Part shown: positions 14,719 through 26,343 of the stretch, piece by piece
Numbering within the stretch: the first letter of the stretch is position 1
How the letters are laid out: the number at the start of each line of letters is the position of its first letter
Assembly (NCBI RefSeq): GCF_006345805.1
Contig: NC_043012.1
Location: forward strand, 26,288,001-26,352,000
Reading direction: 5' to 3'
DNA: 64,000 nt
From: Octopus sinensis
Lineage: Eukaryota
Translations under genes and position numbers: made by a program
The notes under the pieces: generated by a model
Seen by the model: the letters and a program-made list of their open reading frames with translations, nothing else
Told to the model about the DNA's origin: nothing
The model's database searches: none

Positions 14719-15664
14719 ATTGTGTGTGTGTCAGCGTGTGTATACATGTCTTTCGTTTATATAGGATTCAAAATCAGTCAAAATACAACAACATCTAGTA
14801 CACCACTTATTAGCTAGACGGAATCACCCAGAACAGACAGTGAAGTGATACATAAACAATACAGAATGCATCGATGAAGTTATGACAATTTTACTGCGTA
14901 ATCTGCCATGCCAACAGTTTAAAAGTTATTCAACGATTAGTAAAAAGACAATTGAAGTACCCCGAATAACAATAACGGAACAAACAAATACAATTTTATA
15001 TTTTATTTTTGTATTGATTAATTTTACTCAAACGCATATATTTATACTCATTTTTACGAATTTTTCGTATTGGAAAGAAAACAACAGAAGATGTGTACAC
15101 AACAGGAAAAATACACGAACCGAAATACGGTCTTGAACATTATAAACAAATATATATAGAAATAAAGGAGATATTCAACTAGGAACAGGAATTGGCAGTA
15201 AGTCTGCTGACAAAATTTAGAACAATATATCCTACGTTCCAATGTCTAGCTTCCAGAGAATGGGAGCAAAATTAGGCGACGACTAGAAAAATATTGTGGA
15301 AGTCATAGCTTGTATCACCGACTCATTCAAATGTGTAAAGCTAATCGTCTTACAAATTCTCAATATTCGACATTGCAGATTACTGCTTGTCTGTTGTAAA
15401 AGCCTCTCTTAATAAAAAGCACAGGTATTTTCAAAAACATCCACCTTCATAAACGACTGACAGATAAGCATAATATTTATGCGGCCGAGAAAGTGTTTCC
15501 GATCCTTCCATTATTCCTGTATCAATAGCTTTTGAAAGTCAGTATGGGGATGCTACAATGAAGCAGAGACTGTGACTAACCAGGACTATAATTACTTTGA
15601 TGATCAAACTGCACATTACCCGTCGTAGAATACGGTTGAACGGAGATGATGGCCGAGCAACTGA

Positions 15665-15993
15665 GATCCCCTTTGGTCATGACTGACCATGGGATTGCAC
15701 CTAGAAAGTTACCCTCCGAGGCACAAGTCCGGGCAAGGTTGTTTATGGAAGACCAGCAGTCGCCCATGCATACTGGCCTCCCCTCTCCACATCACCAGTG
15801 TTATCCAAGGGAAAGGCAAAGGCTGATACAGCTTAGCACCAGTGATGTCACAACTCATTTCTACAGCTGAGTGAACTGGAGCAACATGAGATAAAGTGTC
15901 TTGCTCAAGAACACAACACACAGCTCGGGATTCGGCCTCACAATCTCACGATCGTAAGCTCGACGCTCTAACTACTGAGCCATGCACTTTCAC
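15665..15993 (-). mobile_element. CORE-type tRNA SINE, family D
   Basis: Reverse complement of the 61782-62126 element. CORE-like tgtgttcttgagcaag.cactt...ctccagttcactcagctg. Confidence 0.9.
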
Positions 15994-16935
15994 ATGGCCC
16001 AGCAATAATGGACGGACAGATATTTAATACCTGTCTGCATGACCTTCCACTTTGAAACGCACCTGCCAAAATCAATTTAGCTCGGTATAATACAAACATT
16101 AAGCGCGGGAAAAAATTATGTTTACAGAAATCCAAACGAAGTGCTAATACTCTCTCTCTCTCTCTCTGCTTGCTTGTGTTTCTTTCTTACTTTCTCTAAC
16201 AGTTTCTCTGTGTCTCCTATAGAAACATGCACACACACACACACCATACGCTCATGCGAACGCACAAACATACATACACTCACTCACTCCCGCACACACA
16301 AACACACACAGACACACATATACATAAATAAATATATGAGAGAAAAAATGAAATTCACTACGATCGTTTCGACTCATGCACCTGAGTCGAAAGATCATAG
16401 TGGGTCTATGATAAAAAGTTTCATTTTTCTCTCATATTTTGTATAAACTCCACCAGAAACGAACACTTGAATTAAATCCAGGAACATTACCTCCAGACCG
16501 TTGTTGACATCTGGTACACGAATACTGTGAACGTACTTTAAACAACATATTACAAGGTGTATATCCGAATATACAATTATTTAATTTCATACATACACAC
16601 GTACGTACATACATGCATACATTAATACATACATACATACATACATACATACATACATACATACACACACGCACGCATATATATACGTACGTAGTTTACA
16701 TATAAATGTATGCATGCATATATGCGCGCGTGTGTGTGTGTAAACGCCCACTTTTCCGGATTCTGTGATGCATATATTCGTCTCCTTGAACAGAATGTCG
16801 GTCCATAACAGCGTTATTCATTGCTGCCAGCTAAGTAGACTGGAACCAAGCGAAATGAAATATTTTGTTGAAGAACACAATGCATCTCTTGGTTCGTAAC
16901 TACTAAACCACGCCCCATCCCACAGACATATACTC

Positions 16936-17138
16936 TGAATGATACAGTTATGGAGACTTGCAGTTAAGTCTTCAAGTTTCTCTGTCAATGATAGTAGAAT
17001 CTTCGCACTTCTTCAGCTGATGTAAGCTTGGTGCCACTAGCATGAGGCTTGCGACAGCTGAAGAATTAAGATATTTCTCGTATCGTTGACAAAGAAACTT
17101 CAAGTGCTGAATGTAAGTCTCCATACCTGTATCATTCA
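16936..17138. mobile_element. About 200-bp fold-back element (MITE-like hairpin)
   Basis: Imperfect inverted arms of about 85 bp (tgaatgatacag.tatggagactt... / ...aagtctccata.ctgtatcattca; inner ttcttcagctg/cagctgaagaa) around a ~35-nt loop. Confidence 0.7.
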
Positions 17139-17292
17139 ATATATATAATACTCTCTAGATATTGAAGGGTACCTCTTTCGTCGTCACACGCAGTTTGTCA
17201 ATATACATACATACGTACATACGTACCTACATACATACATACACACAAAATAATACATATATAAAGAATATATTTGTGTGTATATATATATA

Positions 17293-17330
<38 letters not shown>

Positions 17331-17614
17331 CTGTACCGATACTCAATGTCGACTATTTCTTTTATTCTTTTTCAAATGATAAGAACATTACTTTTCACAT
17401 GAAATATATTTTCAATTTACTTTCAGATTATCTGTTTTTCTTTTCTATAAGAAAAGTTAATTTAAATAGAAATACATCGAGAGTTTATCTCGAGTAACGT
17501 TTTTTTAAGGAACCTATTGTAATTTTACAATGATAAGAGCAAATTATTTATGAAACAAAATATATTTTCAATTATTTTTTTGTGTGTGTATCTGTCTGTT
17601 CATGTATGCTTGTG

Positions 17615-17645
<31 letters not shown>

Positions 17646-17754
17646 TGTATAAATACATACCTGGGTATATAAGTGTGTATTCATTACATACAATACTCAA
17701 CGTATAAAAAAAGAACGTTTCAATGTTTTCACTACTTCTGTGCTAACATCCTTA

Positions 17755-18110
17755 TCATTTCGTAACTTGTTTTAGTCAATTGACTGCGACCCTGCTGGCG
17801 TATTGCCTTGGAGGGTTTTAGTTGAATAATGGACCCAGTACATATCTTAAAAGTGTGATGGTACGTTCCCTATCTGTATCTTACTGAACCTCTAGATTAC
17901 GGGGTCATAAGCAAAATAACTGCAGATGTCACACACAAACGCACAAACACACACATATACATATATATACACGCCTACCTTCTTTCAGTTTCTATCTACA
18001 AAATACAATCACGAGGCTAGTAGAAAACACTTACCAGGGCGCTACTCAATGGCACTGAACGTGCAACCATGTATATGGGAAGTAAACCTCTTAGGATCCA
18101 CCCATTCCTG
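17755..18110 (-). mobile_element. Old, degenerate SINE family A copy
   Basis: Diverged match to the family A tail, middle (cttctttcagtttctatctac) and head. Confidence 0.75.
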
Positions 18111-18390
18111 TTCCAGATTTAGTTAAGATTTCTAACATAGTCAAATAATCATAATATTTATGGCACAAACACACGCACAGACACACATGCATACAAACAG
18201 ACACACTGACACACACTCACAACTTCTACGTAGTTTCCGTCTACCAAATTCATTCACAAGGAAATGGTCGGGCCAAGACATTTCTCTAAAATACCGTGTA
18301 AAAAACCGAATCTATAAATCGAATTCCTTAGCCACACAACATTGCCGGCGCTATATTACCAATACTGAAAAGAGTAACAGCAAACACACA

Positions 18391-18491
<101 letters not shown>

Positions 18492-18781
18492 CACGCACGC
18501 ACACACGATAAGCAGAAAAACGTTTCGAGATGCGAATAATAAGCCAATTGATCATTGCTTTATATTTAAAAATAATTTTTGCAAAATATTTCTTCGCAAA
18601 ATATTAGTATTTTCGACTTTTAATCCCGGCTCACTCCGACCAGTGTGTCGTTAATCGATTTGTATTCCAAACAAATTGCTCTTTAACAATGTTTTTTTCA
18701 TTTGGACTATACGCTTAACATCAAGTCATTTTCTAAAGATGTATTTTCCATCAAAGTTTAATATCGGCATATACATATATA

Positions 18782-19020
18782 CAGGGTGGCCCACAAGTAG
18801 GTTTACAGTTATCACGTAGGCACTCTAAATTTCTTTTAAAACAAGTTATTAGATTGAAATTTCTATTTTACAATCATATTGTTTATTCATATCTTAAACA
18901 GACAATGTTTAATCTCACAGATGCACAAAATATCCTCCTTCAACATCGCAACATTCATCAAACCTCTTCAGAACACTCTGACACAGTGCAGCACAAATTC
19001 CGATCTCCATCAATGTCAGG
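18782..19020 (-). mobile_element. Tc1/mariner-superfamily transposon 3' end with TIR
   Basis: TA followed by cagggtggcccacaagtaggtttacagtt (TIR-like). Minus strand encodes LCQSVLKRFDECCDVEGGYFVHL*, matching the ITm C-terminus (R...C....GGHFEHL). Confidence 0.7.
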
Positions 19021-19130
19021 GGTTGATTTGTTCGATTAAAGGTGGTGCTCAAGAATGGGGACAGTCAAATGCCAGAAACAAGTAAAAGAATAACAGAATA
19101 TTCATATAAAACAGAAAATTGAGAGGTACC

Positions 19131-19390
19131 GATGAACAACAATTGACTTACATCAATCATTATTTATTAAGTCAATGCAAGTAGACTGCATCCCATCTAA
19201 AAGTTTCTTCACTCTGATGAAGCTCCTTGTTTCAGTGTTATTACCAAATATGATTAATATTTTCCCATATTTTTGCATATCAATGGCAATACCTTACAAT
19301 ATTGGAAGCAGAAACAGCTGTTAGATGAGATGCAGTCTACATGCATTGAATTAATAAATAATAATTGATGTAAGTCAATTGTTGTTCATC
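19131..19390 (+). mobile_element. Mini PLE-type element: 70-bp inverted arms around a hammerhead-like core
   Basis: Arms 19131-19200 and 19321-19390 differ at 4 of 70 positions. The spacer holds CTGATGA (19214-19220) and GAAA-CAGCTG-TT (19311-19322). Confidence 0.7.
19208..19329 (+). ncRNA. Putative (possibly degenerate) type I hammerhead ribozyme with ~90-nt stem II region
   Basis: Imperfect stem I (ttcact / ag-a-tgag), CUGAUGA plus extra A, stem II base gct-cc/gga-agc, GAAA, palindromic stem III CAGCUG, GUU triplet. Confidence 0.5.
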
Positions 19391-19573
19391 AGACTTCTCC
19401 ATTTTCTATTTTCTTTAAATTTTGATTCTTGATAAACCTATGTTTATCCTTGTCTTTACCTATAATTTATGAGCATAATATGCTTGCATGTGTATGTCCA
19501 TGGGTAAGCATAGGTAATACACCGGTAGTGTAATGGCTACTTAGATGGTTATTTTAACCTCTAACTCAGCTAA

Positions 19574-19624
<51 letters not shown>

Positions 19625-19659
19625 GGTTTATGCGTGTATATGTGTGGGGAGGAGTCAGG

Positions 19660-19980
19660 GAAGGCGGTTGGCTTAGTGAGTAGGATAAGGTCGTGAGTTC
19701 GATACCTGCTTGCGCGTTGTTTCCGTGCACATGATAATATATTTCTCGTTGTTCCACTTCACTCAGCTGGCAGAAATCAGTTGAGAAATCACTTGTACCC
19801 TGTAATTCCAAGGGTCCAGGTTTTTCACATCCTGTTTCACGCTGAAACTCCCCAAGATCTACATGAAAGGCACATGTCTCTCTGGAGATTTCAGCCGCTT
19901 GCAATTCGATTTCACAAGCAAGATGTTCCTTTTATTGGATCAACTGGAACACTCACCGTTACAACCGACGGAGAACCCAG
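19660..19980 (+). mobile_element. CORE-type SINE (second family), diverged
   Basis: Head ggcttagtg...ggtcgtgagttcgatac, CORE-like gttccacttcactcagctggc, RTE-like tail acaaccgacggag. Confidence 0.75.
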
Positions 19981-20639
19981 TTCATATGCGTGTATGTATG
20001 TCTGTGTGTACGAGTCTGTTTGTGTCTACGTGTGTCTACGTGTGCATGCGTGTTTGCGTGTGTGTGGCTGTGTGCGTGTCTGAGTGTGTATGTGTACCTG
20101 CGTATGTGTGACTGTGTGCGTGTGTATATAAAAATACACACAGCAGATATGTAGTTAAAACACCAAACTTTCAGTTTCAACAAATTCGAATGAAGATAAA
20201 ATCCAAGACGACTATTTTCTCATGCTTTCCCCCTCGAGTCTCATCAAATATCATTTTCTCTGTCTTCTAAATGAAGAAACATGGACGTTACAATGAAATA
20301 TCAACATGACCGAGAATCACATAGCTCACTCAGACGCAGATAATCACCTATGTAACTAAGGGACGGCACACACCCTCAATGGAAATTCGCCCATAACAAT
20401 TAATCTGCCGTATGGTTAGTAATATGTTAGTCTGTATTAATTACACAATCTTATCACCAGACACCTGGCGCCATATTTCAACAACGGAAAACTGGTGAAC
20501 AGTATAATTTTTTTTTGGTTAATTGATAGCTACGATTTTAGAAATCGTCAACAGAATATTGGAAATGCTTTAAACACACATTTCTGGACCGTGTTACAGC
20601 TTTAATAATCGAGCGGAATAAATATCGCCAGTTTCATTA

Positions 20640-20945
20640 TCAACATTATCGCCATTATCAACATCATCGTCGCCGTCGTATTCATCATCACCATCATCAC
20701 CTTTATCATTTTCATCATCAATCGCCCTCATTATAATCATCATCACAACCACTATTACCATCGGTCAAGTCATTACAATCATCGCCATCATCGTCACAGA
20801 CGTCCTCTTCCTCCTCATCCTCCTCCGCTTCCTCCTCCTTATCGTCATCTTCAACATCGTTATCACTATCGTCGTCATCATTATTATCGTCATCACCATC
20901 GTCGTCATCATTGTCATCTCGATACAATCCTCTGCGTCGTCATAG
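20640..20945. repeat. Degenerate (TCA/TCC)n microsatellite
   Basis: Direct. The acidic D/E ORF on the minus strand is a repeat artefact. Confidence 0.85.
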
Positions 20946-21367
20946 TCATCGTATCATCAACAGTAATATTCTCAAATAGCATACACACACACACAGACAC
21001 ACACACACACACACACATACATACATACATACATACATACACACACACACCAAACACGCACACATGAAAACGCCTAAAGACACAAACACAAGCGTAAAAC
21101 ATAGGATTCATTAAGTAAGGAATTTTTCAGTTTGGCATAACGAATCAGTCACATTTTGGATTCTTAGCCTTAATAAAAAAAGGGAACAGAGTCTCCTTCT
21201 CTCTCATACACAGAAACACACACACACACACACAGAGAGAGACTCACACACACACATACACTCACACTTATGTACACAACATTAAAATGCTTTAACAGAA
21301 AGTAGGCTATAATTCCTAATACAAGCTGTTTTTCAGTATGTGTATGTATGCCTATATGTATGTATGC

Positions 21368-21398
<31 letters not shown>

Positions 21399-21548
21399 TG
21401 TATGCATATATGTATGTATGTATGTATATATGATGTATATATGTACATATTCCTGTATGTACGTAAAGGCTTCGAATGACCCGTCCATGTATTTTGCATC
21501 GTCTATTTGGATGTGTTGCGTTCTTGTCCCATATTGTATTTTATATAT

Positions 21549-21581
<33 letters not shown>

Positions 21582-21616
21582 GATGACATATATACGTATA
21601 TACATACATACATACA

Positions 21617-21650
<34 letters not shown>

Positions 21651-21667
21651 ACACACACACACACCAC

Positions 21668-21698
<31 letters not shown>

Positions 21699-21749
21699 AT
21701 AGTGAATGAAGAAGAAATGGAGTTGTGAGCGAAGATTGAACAGAAATCG

Positions 21750-21845
21750 TTTTATTTCATTCTACACGTGTCGAAAGGCACAATTTACCAAATCCGATTG
21801 AATAATGAGACCATATTGGTCTTTCTCTTCAGGAAGAAGAAATAG
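21750..21845 (-). ncRNA. Defective copy of the PLE hammerhead in the inverted pLTR
   Basis: Minus strand reads CUGAAGA-GAAAG...CUUUC-GA-CACGUG-UA. Two As of the conserved GAAA are missing (mutation or assembly error). Confidence 0.7.
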
Positions 21846-21944
21846 GAAATCCGTTGGAAAAAACAAAAACAGAACAGAGGCGGAGCAAAACAAATCGAAC
21901 TAGGCTCCTAAGAGCCCATGGCCAAACTGCTTATCAGCCAAACT

Positions 21945-22002
21945 GCTTCAGCTTGTTTACTAAACTAGGGATATATCCCTAGTTTAGTAAACAAGCTGAA
22001 GC
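21945..22002. repeat. Perfect 58-bp palindrome at the PLE 5' truncation junction
   Basis: gcttcagcttgtttactaaactaggg-atatat-ccctagtttagtaaacaagctgaagc is its own reverse complement. Confidence 0.95.
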
Positions 22003-24019
22003 TGAAGCTCAGCCTCTGGGCCAACTCCTCGCAGGTAGTGAAGTGGTTCTCTTCCATCCCCAATAAGAACCGTACTAGGTTCATTCAGTTTGATATCGCT
22101 AGCTTCTACCCCTCGATTAACCCTAGTGTACTAAATAAGGCCCTTTGGCATGCTCATAACAAGGCTGGCCTCACCAGAGAAGAAATAGATATCATCTTAG
22201 TTGCCAGGAAATCGTTTATTAAGTTTGATAATAAGTTGTGGATCCGTAAAGATACTCCCAATGAATTTGATGTGCCTATGGGTAGTTCGGATAGTGCGCA
22301 GATAGCCGATTTGGTCGGAATATATATTCTCTACGAATTGTCCGACCAATTCCCGAGATCGCGGGCGGCCTGTATCGTGACGATTGTCTGTTTACCTGCA
22401 AAACACCACGAACAGAATAGTGCAGAAAACCAAGAGCAGGTTAGCTAGGTTTTTAATAGAATGGGCATGAATATAGTTTTGATAATGAACTCACCAAGGC
22501 TATTTCCTAGACGTTACACTTAACCTTAATAGCGACTCATACTGCCTTACCATAAGCCTTCCACTAATTTGAAGTATGTCAGTGTCTTCTCAAATCATGC
22601 CAAAACCGTAACAGACAATTTGGTTAAAAACATCTCTCTAAGATTGTCTGGCTTGTCCGCTAGTGCCGATATTTTTATGCAGAAAGCGGAATTTTATAAC
22701 GCCGCACTATCCAAGGCCGGTTATAGGCAGAAGGTAATTTATATCGATCCGGCCCTTCCGATGCCATCATTCGGTCATCAGGATAGGGCTGTCTATAATA
22801 ACATAAACAATTTAAGTAGTGACGGGAGCGCGGCGGGTGCTGGGGCAGTCGCTCCCGCATTTAATTTAGCGAACAAGGATAATTATCGGTCCGGGGGATC
22901 TCACACTAACCCAAAACCCGTTATTCATCCGAGAATCACCCACCCGAATGCGAGAGCTGGCGTCCCGACCCATCACATAGATAGAATAAGCATATATGGT
23001 TTGTAATTCCCTTTGGTAAGCAGATTAAAACTAACCTCCCCTCATGTTTCGACAAGCCATCGCCAATAACTTCCCAGAAATTCCAAATATTACTCCCACG
23101 GTTAACTCGCATAAAGTTAGGATAGCTTTCTCCAACACTAAAAACCTCGCCCAGATAATCGCCCTCCCATAATAATAGGCTGCTACTAAGACCCTATCAC
23201 CTTTTCCGGAGGCACAGCTTCTTCCGCTCCCGGTTTAATGCTCAGTAGGAATAATAATAGTAGTAATAATGATATGAGAGCCAGTACAGTGACTCATAAT
23301 CTCAGCTCCAACCAGGGATTATATACTAGGGGTATAGTTATAAATAGGGGTGTTGTAATTGACGGTAACAATGGCAGTAGTGAGGTGAGCGCAGCTCGGC
23401 TCGTTAGGGTAGAGAGACCCAATAGCAACCCCAGCATCGTTTCCGGCAATAGCAGCACCACGGGCACTAGCAATGACAGCACTCTGATAGATAGTGGAGA
23501 ATCAGGGGTTATTCCGTTAGTTAATAGTGACGTAGTGGAAAATAAAGTAGTAAGCGGCTGCAGTTCTCGCAACAAATATAGTGACAGTAACGCAGTTCTA
23601 ATTTCAGAAACTAATCCTAGCAGAATAAGATTCACGTCGGCGAACTCCAAGATCAGAAACGCCGTCTACCAATGCAAGGTTTACACGGACTCAGATGTCT
23701 ACGCTTATGTCGGGGCCTCATCGTCAAGATTGGCTTTACGAATCTCCAACCATTACGCAACTTTTCGAGACATGAATAAACGCCAGACCACGGGACTTAG
23801 CAAACTAATATGGCGATTGAAGAATACGAACTCAACTACAGGCTGGAATGGTCAATTTTGTCGGTGGCCCTCCATTTGATAGGGGCAGAAGGAAGTGCAA
23901 CCTTTGTGTCTCCGAACTCTCCATATATTGTTCGCCAGAGACCGGATGGTAAACGGACTTTTACAGTCGGCTTTTCGATGCCCCATTGGCGGCGTTATAC
24001 TTATCTTGCTTATAAATAA
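21988..24019 (+). pseudogene. PLE RT-GIY-YIG ORF, 5'-truncated and broken by 1-bp indels
   Basis: RT: FIQFDIASFYPSI, FDVPMGSSDSAQIADLVG, GGLYRDDCL, FLDVTLNL, SNHAKT, AALSKAGY. Linker: WF.IPFGKQIKTN...VRIAFSNTKNLAQII. EN: AVYQCKV....YAYVGAS...RISNH...TGLSKLIWRLK...LEWSIL...PFDRGRRKCNLCVSE...CPH (CCHH). Confidence 0.93.
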
Positions 24020-24690
24020 CGCTTATAAATAATACCTGCACCCGGTTACACTACTTATATGAAAATAGCCCTTGGTAATAAATTCTGAAAAAGCCTTTAA
24101 GAGAAATATGATTAACCATTGCAAGGGGAATTACTCTGTGAGATGAATGGGGCTTTGTTTTTGACGACGGGGGTTTCTTTGACAAGGCATGATTAGACGA
24201 AACACACGCACACATAAAATATTTTTCTGCCGCCCGACGGATTTTACAGCAGTGACCTGTGTAGAGCTGTTTACCAACTGACAGCCGCGCGATCAAAGCA
24301 CGCACGTACACGTACACTAAAATGTTTTCTACCCTTGACGGATTTCTCAGCAGTGACCAGAATGTAGCGCTTCTTACCAACTTGCGCCCGCACACATATA
24401 TAGAACAGTAAACACACACATGTCTCTAAGTAGATTTTGTCTCGCCCCATATAATACATCTAATATTCTTTAAATAGTCAGAACTTTACTCTCGGTCACA
24501 AAGAACATCTACACATCCCGTGCCCTCACCCACCGGAATGACCGCTGCCTGACCCGTTAAAATCTTCAACGCACCCACCACCCGTTTTCAACATACACTG
24601 ATAAGCAGTTTGGCCATGGGCTCTTAGGAGCCTAGTTCGATTTGTTTTGCTCCGCCTCTGTTCTGTTTTTGTTTTTTCCAACGGATTTCC

Positions 24691-24784
24691 TATTTCTTCC
24701 TGAAGAGAAAGACAACAATATGGTCTCATTATTCAATCGGAATTTGGTAAATTGTGCCTTTCGAAACACGTGTAGAATGAAATA
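24691..24784 (+). ncRNA. Type I hammerhead ribozyme in the PLE 3' pLTR
   Basis: Stem I tatttcttc / gaa-t-gaaata; CUGAAGA 24700-24706; stem II GAAAG/CUUUC closing a 46-nt insert; GAAA 24763-24766; palindromic stem III CACGUG; GUA triplet, predicted cut after 24774. Confidence 0.88.
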
Positions 24785-24989
24785 AAACGATTTCTGTTCA
24801 ATCTTCGCTCAACTCCATTTCTTCAATTCACTAATAATATTAAAATTCAATTATCCGCACCAACGCACGGTTGCAACACCATATGGTTGTACCTCCAACC
24901 GTGCTGTCTTCTGCTGTGATTTTTGCTACCAAGGTATCGGTTAAACTTTTGATTAATCTGCAACAAGATTATTCATCTTTCTATTTCAC

Positions 24990-25025
<36 letters not shown>

Positions 25026-25188
25026 ATGAGGGAATATTATTCCAAACTTGCAGGGAAAAATTCAATTTACACAATATATATGTATATAAAAATTAGAAAA
25101 TAAACCATCTGTTATCAATTCAATAATGAAAAATTAAATTATACCATTAACAAAAATTACATATTATAGAAAGATATTTATATATCTA

Positions 25189-25354
<166 letters not shown>

Positions 25355-25752
25355 GATATATATATATATATATCGCCATATATATATCAGGAATATGCCA
25401 CCTTTGTAGGCAAGCAGGTAGGGCCTACTTTGAATAAAATTGATCGAGAGCAACATTTGGCTTTTACAGCAAAATGTGCACCTAATTCAATAAAATCATG
25501 AAGTTTACACTGATTTAACTTATTTGAAGATTAGGTAGGCATAATTCGCCCCTGCTTTTTCAGTCTCTGTAGTGAAGCTATGCGTAATACTACTGTAGTA
25601 CGCTCCTACAAGACTGTTTTCTTTATGTGCTATGAAGGCAGAAGTAAATCTACCTTCGACACAGTCCCGCGTTTTGTGTTTCGTTTACTCTTGTGTTTTA
25701 CTACATAAAGGTCACCAACTGTCCACCCTGGGTAATTACTGCCAGCACGTGC

Positions 25753-25796
<44 letters not shown>

Positions 25797-25879
25797 GGTC
25801 CCGGGTTGATCCGGGGTTAACCACAGTAAGTAAGGTACTCAATACATAGCAGAGTAAAATTAATTTATTATATAGAAGG

Positions 25880-25930
25880 AGCTTCTACAGGACTAGTACT
25901 GTTTCATTCAAGAGAAATCTTCAGGAAGCT
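25880..25930 (-). ncRNA. Type I hammerhead ribozyme (second family)
   Basis: AGCUUC-CUGAAGA-UUUC[UCUU]GAAU-GAAA-CAG[UACUAGUC]CUG-UA/GAAGCU: perfect 6-bp stem I, 3-bp stem III, GUA triplet. U.U at the base of stem II is non-canonical. Confidence 0.82.
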
Positions 25931-26310
25931 ATTTAACAAGAATTGTATTAGCATTTATACATTTAGGCAGGTTTAAAGGAGTGGTGGTGGGGGACTTTTT
26001 GGGGGTAGGCATAGCGCAAAATATCATACTTGGGGGAGTGGTCAAGGAGTCAGTGGTAAGTTAGATGAAAGAATAGATAAATAAAAAAATAAAAAAAAAA
26101 AAATAAAAAAAAAAAAAAATAAAAAATAAAAAATAGAAATAAAAAAATCAAATAAAAAAAATAATAATAAAATGTGTGCACATACTACATAAAAACATAT
26201 ACATACACACACATACGTACACATGTGTGCCTATACATACCTACACATACACACATACACATACATACACATATATATACACATATACATACACAATATA
26301 TATATATATA

Positions 26311-26343
<33 letters not shown>

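Larger units (their letters stand above)
21701..24832 (+). mobile_element. Penelope-like retroelement (EN+ PLE, C-terminal GIY-YIG), 5'-truncated, with inverted pLTR
   Basis: About 235-bp inverted terminal repeats (21701-21937 / 24598-24832), RT and GIY-YIG domains, hammerhead in the pLTR, left end abutting (TA)n. Confidence 0.95.

Noticed and set aside
25385-25500. CHLC...TLNKIDRE as a PLE endonuclease C-terminus
   Set aside because: The match is short, needs frameshifts and is too weak to call.
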